Shown here in pieces: positions 38,549 to 48,033 of a stretch of DNA of 64,000 nt (its first letter is position 1; each line of letters starts with the position of its first letter). Source of the stretch: Candidatus Methanoperedenaceae archaeon GB37 (GTDB lineage Archaea; Halobacteriota; Methanosarcinia; Methanosarcinales; EX4572-44); the NCBI GenBank assembly GCA_905171695.1, contig LR991653.1:1228957-1292956 (forward strand), read 5' to 3'. A model generated the notes under the pieces. That model was not told where the DNA came from, did not search any database, and worked only from the letters and a program-made list of their open reading frames with translations. The position numbers and the translations under genes were made by a program.

Positions 38549-39718
38549 ATGAAAGTAATGATAATACATCATCAGATGGGTGTTTATGGTGGAGCTGAAA
38601 CGCTTGTAACAAAACTATCTACGTATCTTACAAACAAGGGAATTGAAAATGCTATATTGGCGCTTTCAAAGCCACCAGAAGCAGTTGAAGAATGTAATGA
38701 CCTTCAAATAATAACTCCAAATCAAAGCTTTGAATATAAGAATTGGAGTGTCAGTTTTTCTGATGCCATACAATTAGTTAATGAAGTCCTTGCACTTCGA
38801 AAGCTATACAGGGAACATGTCGATAAATTCGACTTAGTAAACGTCCATAATTTCCCTGCAATCTGGTCAATTTTCCCCAAGCGTAAACCCTGTGTTTGGA
38901 TGTGCAATGAACCTCCTGATTTATGGTATGATTCTGATAACAACCATTCGAGTCAGATGAAAGTGCTGCGGGCTGCATTTCTATCAGTAAACAAATTCAT
39001 GGTTAACAGATACATAGATTCCATCTGCGTTTCAGATAAGTTCAACGCCAAACGAGCCTTTACACGATACAATAAACAACCTGAAATAATCCCCTATGGA
39101 ATAGAATACGAACTATTTTCAAAAGGGGATAGTAATAGAGCCATATCAATGTTTGGTCTTGATGATAGTTTCATATTACTTCAAGTTGGAATAATATCTA
39201 AATCCAAAAACCAATTAGCGTCAGTCAAAGCTGTTGAAGAACTAAGAAAACATATTCCAAATATCAAGCTGGTTCTGGCAGGGTTAAATGATAATGGACC
39301 TTACGATAAAATGATCAAGGAATATGTCAACAACAAAGGGTTACAAGAATGTGTAATTTTCACAGGACATCAACACAAAGAAGTACTCAGAGATTTGTAC
39401 CATGCATGTGATATCGCATTATTTCCCATCAAAACACAGGGCGGGTGGTTATCACCTTTCGAAGCACTAAGCGCTTCCAAACCCATAATCGTATCTACTG
39501 AGATGACAGCAGCCGATATTATAGCAAGAGAAAGAATAGGTGTAGTAACAGATAACATCGTTAAAGCTGTTCTAGAGATACATAACAATCCAAATCCTTT
39601 TCATATCATGGCTGGGAAAGGCAGACGTTTTGTCGCCGAGAATCTATCGTGGGATAAATTCTGTCAAAACATGTTAACCGTATTTGAAAATACATTGGCA
39701 CAAAGAACGAACATGTGA
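38549..39718 (+). CDS. GT4-family glycosyltransferase
   Basis: GT-B pattern with a C-terminal 'FPIKTQGGWLSPFEALSASKPIIVS' (E-x7-E-like region). Confidence 0.8.
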   Translation: MKVMIIHHQMGVYGGAETLVTKLSTYLTNKGIENAILALSKPPEAVEECNDLQIITPNQSFEYKNWSVSFSDAIQLVNEVLALRKLYREHVDKFDLVNVHNFPAIWSIFPKRKPCVWMCNEPPDLWYDSDNNHSSQMKVLRAAFLSVNKFMVNRYIDSICVSDKFNAKRAFTRYNKQPEIIPYGIEYELFSKGDSNRAISMFGLDDSFILLQVGIISKSKNQLASVKAVEELRKHIPNIKLVLAGLNDNGPYDKMIKEYVNNKGLQECVIFTGHQHKEVLRDLYHACDIALFPIKTQGGWLSPFEALSASKPIIVSTEMTAADIIARERIGVVTDNIVKAVLEIHNNPNPFHIMAGKGRRFVAENLSWDKFCQNMLTVFENTLAQRTNM

Positions 39719-39728
39719 GGGGGGACAC

Positions 39729-40856
39729 GTGAAAATTTTAGTTTTAAACTGGCAAGATATAAAAAATCCTAATGCAGGTGGGGTTGAAGTCCATCTACAT
39801 GAGATATTCAGAAGAATTGTCAAAGAACATGAAGTTTTATTAATTTCATCAAGATTTAAAGGTTGTAAAAAAAGTGAAACTATCGATGGAATCAAAGTAA
39901 TCAGAATTGGAAATAAATATTTTTTTAACTTTTCTGCTTTTTTTTACTATATAAGAAAACTGAAATCTGAACATTTTGATGTTATTGTCGATGACTATAG
40001 CAAATTACCACTTTTCACACCTCTTTACATCAGGAAAAAACCACTGGTAACAATAATGCATGGAACTTTTGAACGTGGGGAGATGTTATTCAAAAGTCTT
40101 TCGCCGCCAATAGCCGCTTTTGCATATCTCTTAGAGAGATTGGTACCTTTTGTTTATAAAGACGTCCCGATACTAACAGCAACTAATGGACTCAGTTTAA
40201 AAGAGAAACTCTTAACATTAGGAATATCAGAACAAAATATTAACTTAATTCCCGCTGGTGTTGATGATACTTTATACAAGCCAAAAACAAAAGCAGATGA
40301 GAAACCTTTAGTTTTATACTTTGGGCGGGTTACAAAATATAAGCAGATAGATCACCTGATTCAAAGTTTTAAAATTACTAAAGAGGAGATACCCGATGCT
40401 AAATTGATAATAGCAGGGAGAGGAAATTATAAGGAGCTTAGAGAACTTGTTGAAAAATTGGATTTGGCAAACTCTGTCAATTTAGTGGGAGAAACATCTG
40501 AAGAAGAAAAGGTTAGATTACTCCAAAAGGCATGGATATTGGTTATACCATCAATGAATGAAGGGTGGGGTTTTGTAGTGACAGAAGCAAATGCCTGCGG
40601 GACTCCTGTGATTGGATATGATATCCCTGGTCTAAAAGATTCAATAAAAAACGGTGAAACAGGTTTACTTGTTCCTTATGGAGATATAGAGAAGCTGGCA
40701 GAGACAATGAGTAGCGTACTGAAGGATGCAAAGTTAAGGGAAAAACTTGGTCACAATGCTTTGAAATGGGCATCAAACTTCAACTGGGATAAGTCTTCAG
40801 AGAAATTCATAACAAAATTAGAAGAAATAGCAAATTCAGAAGGTGTGATTTTATGA
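39729..40856 (+). CDS. GT4-family glycosyltransferase
   Basis: 'ILVLNWQDIKNPNAGGVEVH' and 'PSMNEGWGFVVTEANACGTPVIGYDIPGLKDSI'. GTG at 39729 preferred, because the tracked TTG at 39684 overlaps the previous gene. Confidence 0.8.
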   Translation: MKILVLNWQDIKNPNAGGVEVHLHEIFRRIVKEHEVLLISSRFKGCKKSETIDGIKVIRIGNKYFFNFSAFFYYIRKLKSEHFDVIVDDYSKLPLFTPLYIRKKPLVTIMHGTFERGEMLFKSLSPPIAAFAYLLERLVPFVYKDVPILTATNGLSLKEKLLTLGISEQNINLIPAGVDDTLYKPKTKADEKPLVLYFGRVTKYKQIDHLIQSFKITKEEIPDAKLIIAGRGNYKELRELVEKLDLANSVNLVGETSEEEKVRLLQKAWILVIPSMNEGWGFVVTEANACGTPVIGYDIPGLKDSIKNGETGLLVPYGDIEKLAETMSSVLKDAKLREKLGHNALKWASNFNWDKSSEKFITKLEEIANSEGVIL

Positions 40857-41078
40857 TAAAGTTTGCTTTAATTGAGTCAAATTACGGCAGCGCACCCAAT
40901 CGCAGAGCTGCGGGACATGATTCGTGCCACTGCTTAGTCGTCGGGTTAGCAATTGAACCATCAGTGTTCATAATGCACCAACGCTTAAAAAATTTCGTCC
41001 TTAACTTTGTCCCAACACAGCAAAACTGGGGGGTATAGTAATCAAATTAACGAAATGGAGAAGTCAAAGGTAATATCC

Positions 41079-42554
41079 ATGAAAGTCCTCTTAATTCAAC
41101 CGCCAATGATAATTTACCCAGGAGATATTCCCTCCGTAGTTCCACCTTTAGGCTTAGCATATATGGCTGCTGTCTTAGAAAGAGAGGGTGTTAAGACAAA
41201 AATAATTGATGCTGTAGCTGATGGTTGGAGGCACTCGCGGCTATTTGAGGATAAACCTTCTCACTATGGGCTTGGTTGGACCGAAATTGAATCGATTATT
41301 CAAAAAGAAAGTCCAGATATAGCTGCCATCAGCTGCCTCTTTTCCAGTCAGGCAAAAAATGCTCATAAAGTTGCTGAAATCATCCGTCGTGTTGATAAAG
41401 ATATCGTTACCATAATGGGTGGGGCACATCCATCTGCATTACCTGAATTAGTATTAGCAGATCCTAATGTGGACGTGGTGGTGATTGGGGAAGGGGAGGC
41501 TACAGTGCTTGAGTTGACTAAAAAACTTGAGTCAAAAAATGTTCAGCTCAACGAAATAGAGGGAATAGCCTATCGAGACAAAACTAATAGAGTGAGAATT
41601 AATCCATATAGGCCGTTAATTTCTAATTTAGATGAGCTTCCTTTTCCAGCGCGCCACTTACTACCAATGGAGGAGTATTTTAGCGCCCCTGCATGGCATT
41701 GTAGAGTTGTCAAACACCGTCGTTTCACTAGCATGATAACCAGCAGAGGTTGCCCGGGGAAGTGTACTTTCTGCTCGATTCGCACTGTGTGGGGGCGAAT
41801 ATGGAGATCAAGATCGCCCGAAAGTGTTGTAGATGAAATAGAATTTCTTGTTGAAAAATACCGTATAAAAGAAATACATTTTGAGGATGATAGCATTACT
41901 CTAAATCCAAAGAGAATGGAGAAAATCTGTAATGAAATAATCACCCGTAGGCTTGATATTTACTGGACAACCCCTAATGGGGTTAAAATAACAACCTTAG
42001 ACAAATCACTGTTGAGAGTGATGAGAAAATCTGGCTGCTACAGACTTCACTTTGGAATTGAGCATGGAGACTCTGAATTCAGAGATAAAATTATAAAAAA
42101 ACCGATATCAATTGAACATGCTAGAAAAATTATTAAATGGGCAGAAGAAATAGGCATATGGACAGATGGCTTTTTTATCATCGGACTGCCGGGTGAAACC
42201 GAGGAAACAGTAAGTAGCACGATAGAATTTGCTAAGGAGTTAGATTTATCTACTGCAAATTTTTTCGTGGCAAGCCCCTATCCTGGCACAGAGCTATATA
42301 AGACATCACTGGAACATGGGTATATACCACAGGATATGGACTGGACCGATATGAGAACCAGTAATCCTGTTCTTAACACTGAAACTTTTAATTCTGAACG
42401 TCTTCAGGCATGGCAACAAAAAGCATACCGTGAATTCCTTTTGTATCGATTACGGAAGGAGATTAATCCACTTAAGATGTTAAAAAGAATCAAAAATATA
42501 AAAGACTTCGATGATTTAAAGTTCTTGCTTGAAATTGTTAAGAATGCTCTATAG
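41079..42554 (+). CDS. B12-binding-domain radical SAM enzyme (class B type)
   Basis: N-terminal 'MKVLLIQPP...PPLGLAYMAAVLE' (cobalamin-binding-domain pattern), then 'SRGCPGKCTFCS' (CxxxCxxC). ATG 41055 is an alternative start. Confidence 0.8.
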   Translation: MKVLLIQPPMIIYPGDIPSVVPPLGLAYMAAVLEREGVKTKIIDAVADGWRHSRLFEDKPSHYGLGWTEIESIIQKESPDIAAISCLFSSQAKNAHKVAEIIRRVDKDIVTIMGGAHPSALPELVLADPNVDVVVIGEGEATVLELTKKLESKNVQLNEIEGIAYRDKTNRVRINPYRPLISNLDELPFPARHLLPMEEYFSAPAWHCRVVKHRRFTSMITSRGCPGKCTFCSIRTVWGRIWRSRSPESVVDEIEFLVEKYRIKEIHFEDDSITLNPKRMEKICNEIITRRLDIYWTTPNGVKITTLDKSLLRVMRKSGCYRLHFGIEHGDSEFRDKIIKKPISIEHARKIIKWAEEIGIWTDGFFIIGLPGETEETVSSTIEFAKELDLSTANFFVASPYPGTELYKTSLEHGYIPQDMDWTDMRTSNPVLNTETFNSERLQAWQQKAYREFLLYRLRKEINPLKMLKRIKNIKDFDDLKFLLEIVKNAL

Positions 42555-42839
42555 AGACAGATTAACCAAACATAGAAAGTTAATAAGGAGACCGATTAGA
42601 AATGGGTTATATTAAAAATAACGAGCAGCGTCGTGAAGCTAAGTAATTGGAGAGATTAGAAAGGAATGAAGAACTTTCAAATCGACATTTTTTTGGGTAC
42701 TGCTGTATTGTACCATCTCCTTAATGTCAATGCGGTGATGAAGAAGCGAATAGAGCCGCTAAGATCCTGCGGAATAGTATTACTCGGTGTCAAAGTGGCA
42801 GAGGAATACAACAGATAAGCCAATTAGGGAGGTGAAAAA

Positions 42840-45800
42840 ATGCGACACGGTGAACTCTTTATGAAATTACTTATCAAAACATCTCCATTTCTGCTTATTT
42901 CGGTTGTTTCAGTGGCAGTTCTATGTAAGGTCTTGTTTACAGATGGTTTGATAATGTGTGGGGATCTGATATTCCCACTATGTTCTGTAGATAGATATCT
43001 CTCTTGCTACACTTATCCTTTATGGAGCCAGTATGGCAGTTTTTCAGCATTTTTTGGACTTACTCGTCTTCCTATTGTAGCATTTGTAGTTGCAATAGCC
43101 TCAGTTCTATGTGTTTCCATGGAAACTGTAGCTAAAGCACATTTGTTGGGGATTCTTATTTTGACAGGTTTATCAATGTTCTATGCAGCAAACATGTTGT
43201 TAAAGGAGTATGGAAAAGACGAAAAAGTCACATTTATCGCCGCCATGATTGGTGCTTTGATCTACATGCTAAATCCTTGGTCACTAATTCGCGTTAGTCA
43301 TATCTGGTTGTTAGTAGGCTATGCCCTTGCTCCGCTGATTTTAGTATTTTTTGTGAAGGCATTAAAAAACAACGAAATGAAGTATTTTATTGCAGTTGCG
43401 TTGTTATGGGCTCTTAGTTCAGCTAGCTTAGTTTATGCAATATTGATAGGAATTTTGATACTAAGCTGGCTTGTATTTTCGACAGTCTTGCATGCTACAA
43501 CTATAACAAAACCAGAGGTATTAAATAATGTAAAATCAACAACCTTTACAGTATTACTTTGTTTGATCTTGAGTGCTTTCTGGATTGTCCCTTATATACT
43601 TAGTTTTGCCAGCCCAGAGACTGTATATTCTGGTATCAAAATAACTGATGACAGCATTGACTTATTCAGTAGAAATAGCAATGTATTGAATGTAGTTAGA
43701 GTCATGGGTTATTGGTTTAGAGAAGTGAATTATTGGCCTTATTCTCAGGTACTGTATCTCCATTGGCTACTCGCAAGCTTTATTTTACCGTTATTCGCAT
43801 TTAGTTCTTTATTATTGAATTATAATAATAAATATGTTCTATATTTTTCGATAATGGGGCTTTTTTTTATTTTTATGGCTAAAGGAACACAGAATCCAGC
43901 TTCTTCGGCTTATGGATGGTTGATATTTAATGTCCCTTTTTTTGAAGTTTTCCGGGACCCAAATAAGTGGGAAGGTCCATTAATCCTTGTTTTTTGTTTT
44001 CTTATAAGTTTTACTATCCAGAAGATATTGCAAACAGGATTGAAAAAGTCTCACATGAATTGGAAAAAATCAACATTAGTATTGTTTATTTTTGCTCTCT
44101 CTTTTATTTTGTTTATTGCACCATCTGTAAATGGTTGGTTTGGCGATAAATATGTTCCCCTTAAAATGCCTGAAGAATATTATATGGTAAATAATTGGCT
44201 GGCAAACCAAAATGGTGATTTTAAAGTTTCTTGGCTGCCACCATACAACGGTAGAGGAACCACTTGGGGTAGTCCTATCACAGGTCCGTTTGAAATCTTA
44301 TCATCCAATAGACCGACCATTGGGAATATTCACCCTATGACCCCATTCACTGCTCATTATTATGAATATATCTATTCTGAATCCCTGTTGACTAATAAAA
44401 CAGTATATTTCGGTAAATATCTCAGCATTTTAGGCAGCCGCTACATACTATTTCATGACGACATCGTAAGGGCTGAAGAAGAGGCAAAAATTGCCATTGC
44501 AAATTTGAAAAGCCAGAAAGATTTAGAATTTGTAAAAAAGGACGGTTTCATATACATTTTCAAAAATAAAAACAATAATTCACAGGTTTTTATACCATCT
44601 CAAAACTTTATAGTTGGTGGAGATCTAAATATTGCAACTTCATTAAATGTTATTGATGCATTTGATCCAAGTTCATCTGGTCTGCTTTACACAGATCAAG
44701 TCAAGGTAAAAAACTACCCAGAGGTTGATGGAATTATTTTCAACTCAAAAAATGAGATAAATGATATAGCTTTTGCTCAGATAGATGATCAATACTTTAT
44801 AGCTCCGTCTACTTATACAAATCGCTTTAGTCCTACTGAAGTTTGGTCAACCACTGGCTTAAATGATGATTGGATAGCTTATTTTAGGTTTAAATCCTTA
44901 ACAAATCCTTGGGAGTTTGATTACAATAAAGGCATTGCTATTTCAGATGTAAGTGGCTCATCTTCTCCCCATACGCTTGTTATTCCTGTGAATATTCAAA
45001 AAAGTGATACTTATGAGTTATATGCCAGAGTGCTTGAAAATCCAGATGGTGGAAAGCTGACAGTGTCATTTGATGGGGAGTCTTTCGATATAGTTACTGT
45101 GGATAAAGCGAGCAATTTTGTCTGGAAAAAAATTGGTACATTTAATTTAAGTGGGGGAGAACATTCTATGGTTTTAGTAAATAATAATGGATTTAATGCT
45201 GTTAATGTTTTCGCATTGATGCCGCAGGAAATGGCAGAGAGATACTTTGATAATGCGTGGAATTTTGTAAAAGGGAAAAAAATTATATATTTTTTAGAGG
45301 GAGAAAGCGATTTTGATTCTGGGATTGTTTCAGATCGTTTTGGAGGTGAGGCAAGCCAGGGCAGGGTAGTAATATTGCAAGAAAAAGCAACGACCAGTAT
45401 CAACATCCTCCGGAATTCATCTTATAAGGTAGCAATAAGAGCCTTTGTATGTCCTGACAATAATCCTTTGATATTAGAAATCAGTGATAAAAAATTTGAA
45501 GTAAATCTTACTGATAAAGAAGGAAAATTAAAATGGATTTATTTAGATCCCATATTCCTTCAAAAAGGGCAGCATAGTTTGCAAATCTTACCAGAGGGGG
45601 AGACAATAATAGATTCATTGGTGGTATATTCTACAACAAATAGTGATGAAACTATAAACGACGTCTTTAAACATCCAAGAAGTGCTACAATATTATCTTA
45701 TAAGGAGATAGATCCAACTAAATATGTCATCCATGTAAATAGTCAAGAACCGTTCATGCTTGCTTTTACAGAAGCTTATGATCCGTTATGGAGGGCATAT

Positions 45801-46004
45801 GTCAATGATGAAGAAATTAAACCACTACCGTTGTATTCCATTATAAATGGCTTCTGGATAAATAAAACCGGGGAATATGATGTGGAAATAGCGTATAAAC
45901 CACAAGAATTCTTCTACATTGGAGCAACAATTTCTTCAGTTGCAATCATCGTCTGTATAGGATTTTTAATCTTTAATTGGAGAAAGACATTTAGGAGGAG
46001 ATAA
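42840..46004 (+). CDS. Giant polytopic membrane protein (about 12+ N-terminal TM helices, large extracytoplasmic domain, C-terminal TM anchor); GT-C-like glycosyltransferase candidate
   Basis: First-loop 'GDLIFP' acidic motif, 'FRDPNKWEG', 'EEYYMVNNWLANQNGDFKVSWLP'. No WWDxG oligosaccharyltransferase motif seen. GGGAGG lies 8 nt upstream of the ATG. Confidence 0.55.
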   Translation: MRHGELFMKLLIKTSPFLLISVVSVAVLCKVLFTDGLIMCGDLIFPLCSVDRYLSCYTYPLWSQYGSFSAFFGLTRLPIVAFVVAIASVLCVSMETVAKAHLLGILILTGLSMFYAANMLLKEYGKDEKVTFIAAMIGALIYMLNPWSLIRVSHIWLLVGYALAPLILVFFVKALKNNEMKYFIAVALLWALSSASLVYAILIGILILSWLVFSTVLHATTITKPEVLNNVKSTTFTVLLCLILSAFWIVPYILSFASPETVYSGIKITDDSIDLFSRNSNVLNVVRVMGYWFREVNYWPYSQVLYLHWLLASFILPLFAFSSLLLNYNNKYVLYFSIMGLFFIFMAKGTQNPASSAYGWLIFNVPFFEVFRDPNKWEGPLILVFCFLISFTIQKILQTGLKKSHMNWKKSTLVLFIFALSFILFIAPSVNGWFGDKYVPLKMPEEYYMVNNWLANQNGDFKVSWLPPYNGRGTTWGSPITGPFEILSSNRPTIGNIHPMTPFTAHYYEYIYSESLLTNKTVYFGKYLSILGSRYILFHDDIVRAEEEAKIAIANLKSQKDLEFVKKDGFIYIFKNKNNNSQVFIPSQNFIVGGDLNIATSLNVIDAFDPSSSGLLYTDQVKVKNYPEVDGIIFNSKNEINDIAFAQIDDQYFIAPSTYTNRFSPTEVWSTTGLNDDWIAYFRFKSLTNPWEFDYNKGIAISDVSGSSSPHTLVIPVNIQKSDTYELYARVLENPDGGKLTVSFDGESFDIVTVDKASNFVWKKIGTFNLSGGEHSMVLVNNNGFNAVNVFALMPQEMAERYFDNAWNFVKGKKIIYFLEGESDFDSGIVSDRFGGEASQGRVVILQEKATTSINILRNSSYKVAIRAFVCPDNNPLILEISDKKFEVNLTDKEGKLKWIYLDPIFLQKGQHSLQILPEGETIIDSLVVYSTTNSDETINDVFKHPRSATILSYKEIDPTKYVIHVNSQEPFMLAFTEAYDPLWRAYVNDEEIKPLPLYSIINGFWINKTGEYDVEIAYKPQEFFYIGATISSVAIIVCIGFLIFNWRKTFRRR

Positions 46005-46008
46005 TTTC

Positions 46009-47973
46009 ATGTCACGGGAAATAAGTGGAAAGACTCTGATTGTCCGTACTGTCATATTAATGATGATATTGTTAACAAACCTTGTTTTGACTGAGGCATC
46101 TGAGCTTGGAACCAATTTGGTGAATAATCCCTCTTTTGAAGAAGGATGGAATATCACTTCAGATTCGCCATCAGGCTGGACAAAGCCCGATCCACATTGG
46201 AAAGGGACTCTTTCTACAGATAGTTATACTGGTAACTATAGTTACAGTTTAACTACTAAAACCACGGGTGGTTGGAGTGGAGTGCTCAGCAATTCAATAG
46301 AAGTTAAAGAGAATAAAACATATTTTGTAAGAACTCACATGAAATGTGAGAATGTTAAAGCATCTCATATTAAAATAGAAAAATTCGATTCAGATAATAA
46401 TGAGTGGCTTGAATTGATACAAGTACCCGGCGGACAGGATGGCACTTTTGGCTGGACAGAATACTATGCTTTTATCGAAATCCCTGAAGATATTACCAAA
46501 ATCCGCTTCATCCTAAACGCCGGCTACGTTGACAACAAAGATGCTGGCAATGCTACGACGTGGTTTGATGATATTGAGTTTATTGACCCTGTGGTGGTAA
46601 ATCCTGTAAGATACGAGACTGAACTCTCTTTAAACATGGGTGAGAGCTGGCAGATTAGCGATGATCTTGCTCTCTTTCTTGATGATGTGACACGGGAGAG
46701 CGTGGTTATGTCTTTAATTTACAGAGGTTATCCTCTTGTGAGTCAGGTGGTGAATAAGGGTGAATACACTACATTCGAATACGGGGGTGATGAGCTTCTG
46801 GTCTTCAGGCTTGATGATGTTTTCAACGCCACAGGTGCAGAAAAAGCGTGGCTTGGAGAGGTGCTGGCGGGGAGTGTCTCTTCTGATGATGTTGTGGCGC
46901 CAAAGCTTGATATTACTGTAAGCTCGCCTGAGTATGCTTATAAGGGGGAGGTTGTTCCTGTGAATGTGAGCGTGGTGAACCGTGGGGAGCAGGGGTTCAG
47001 TGGTGGTGTTGAGGTTGTTGTTACGCTTGGTGGAGGGCATAGGGTCTCTCTTGGCGAGCACCTGGTGCTTGCTCCTGGTGAGGGGAATAAGTGGCTTCTT
47101 GCGGTGGATGCACCTGAAAAGCCTGATGAATACACGGTTGTTGGCGTGCTCAGGACAGGGTATGCGAGTATCAGGGACGAAGACGTGGTGGTGGTTAAGG
47201 TGCTGAATCCTGCCGTTACAACCTTCTCCCTTGGTGTTAGAGAGGCGGGTGGGATCAGGGGTCAGCTGACTCTGGGCTCGGCTTTTGCTGATGAGCTTGT
47301 TGACTGGGATCTGCCAGTGAGGGTAGATGTTTACCTGATACTGGAGAAGGGTAAGAAGCCTGTGTACTCGGAGGAGGTGGTTGCGCGGGGCAGGAGTACT
47401 GATTTCTTCATCCCTTATGAGAGATTCTATCAGGGTGATGGGAGATACGTTGTTGTTGCACGTGCTGGAGGAGTGGAGGATAATGAGTATCTTGAGTTGG
47501 TGGGAGTGGACTTTGAGTACGATCCTTCCGAGGAGAGTCTGCCACCTACCATCGATGGTGAAGGTCTTCAAACACAGTTGTTGCTGCTATTCATGGCTCT
47601 CGTTGCAGTATTAACTATTAGAAACCAGTTTTATAGAAATATCATGCCATTAAGGCTTGATCTGGCTTTCATGGGCGGTGGGACAGCGGTTACAGTTCTG
47701 GCTGTACTTTTAAGCCTGAACGACTCTACCATTAGGGGAATAATCCTTTTGAGTGCAGGTATTTTCTTATTTATCCTGAGAAGATACGATGCACGGATGA
47801 GTGGAGTCTTTTCAAAGCACTCTCATCTGCATGATCTTTCAAGCCTCATAGTTATCTTTATGGCAGGCGGATTTTTGATAAACAGTGTTTCGTTAAATAC
47901 AGCCAATCTGCTTGTGATCGGAATACCTGTGGCATACGGGTTTGCACTCGGTCTCAGTGAGAGAATGAGGTGA
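46009..47973 (+). CDS. Surface protein: signal/anchor, CBM-like jelly-roll domain, CARDB-like domain, C-terminal block of about five TM helices
   Basis: 'NLVNNPSFEEGWN...GWTK...WFDDIEF' (CBM4/9-like). 'PEYAYKGEVVPVNVSVVNRGEQ' (CARDB-like). Hydrophobic segments from 'LLLLFMALVAVLTI' onward. Confidence 0.6.
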   Translation: MSREISGKTLIVRTVILMMILLTNLVLTEASELGTNLVNNPSFEEGWNITSDSPSGWTKPDPHWKGTLSTDSYTGNYSYSLTTKTTGGWSGVLSNSIEVKENKTYFVRTHMKCENVKASHIKIEKFDSDNNEWLELIQVPGGQDGTFGWTEYYAFIEIPEDITKIRFILNAGYVDNKDAGNATTWFDDIEFIDPVVVNPVRYETELSLNMGESWQISDDLALFLDDVTRESVVMSLIYRGYPLVSQVVNKGEYTTFEYGGDELLVFRLDDVFNATGAEKAWLGEVLAGSVSSDDVVAPKLDITVSSPEYAYKGEVVPVNVSVVNRGEQGFSGGVEVVVTLGGGHRVSLGEHLVLAPGEGNKWLLAVDAPEKPDEYTVVGVLRTGYASIRDEDVVVVKVLNPAVTTFSLGVREAGGIRGQLTLGSAFADELVDWDLPVRVDVYLILEKGKKPVYSEEVVARGRSTDFFIPYERFYQGDGRYVVVARAGGVEDNEYLELVGVDFEYDPSEESLPPTIDGEGLQTQLLLLFMALVAVLTIRNQFYRNIMPLRLDLAFMGGGTAVTVLAVLLSLNDSTIRGIILLSAGIFLFILRRYDARMSGVFSKHSHLHDLSSLIVIFMAGGFLINSVSLNTANLLVIGIPVAYGFALGLSERMR

Positions 47974-48033
47974 TGCTCAGGGGTTTCATCTCTTGAATAA
48001 TGTTTATATCTCTTTGGAGGTATAGGATGTAAT

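Noticed and set aside
40853-41038. 61-aa ORF in a locally GC-richer spacer between the second GT4 and the B12 radical-SAM gene
   Set aside because: No ribosome-binding site, no protein features, and only a weak 5-bp hairpin. It may be a relic fragment, but nothing supports a call.
46714-47571. 285-aa minus-strand ORF inside the surface-protein gene
   Set aside because: It exists only because the sense strand is G-rich there. The sense frame has CARDB-like domain features, while the antisense product is low-complexity and basic. It is used only as a symptom of the composition shift.
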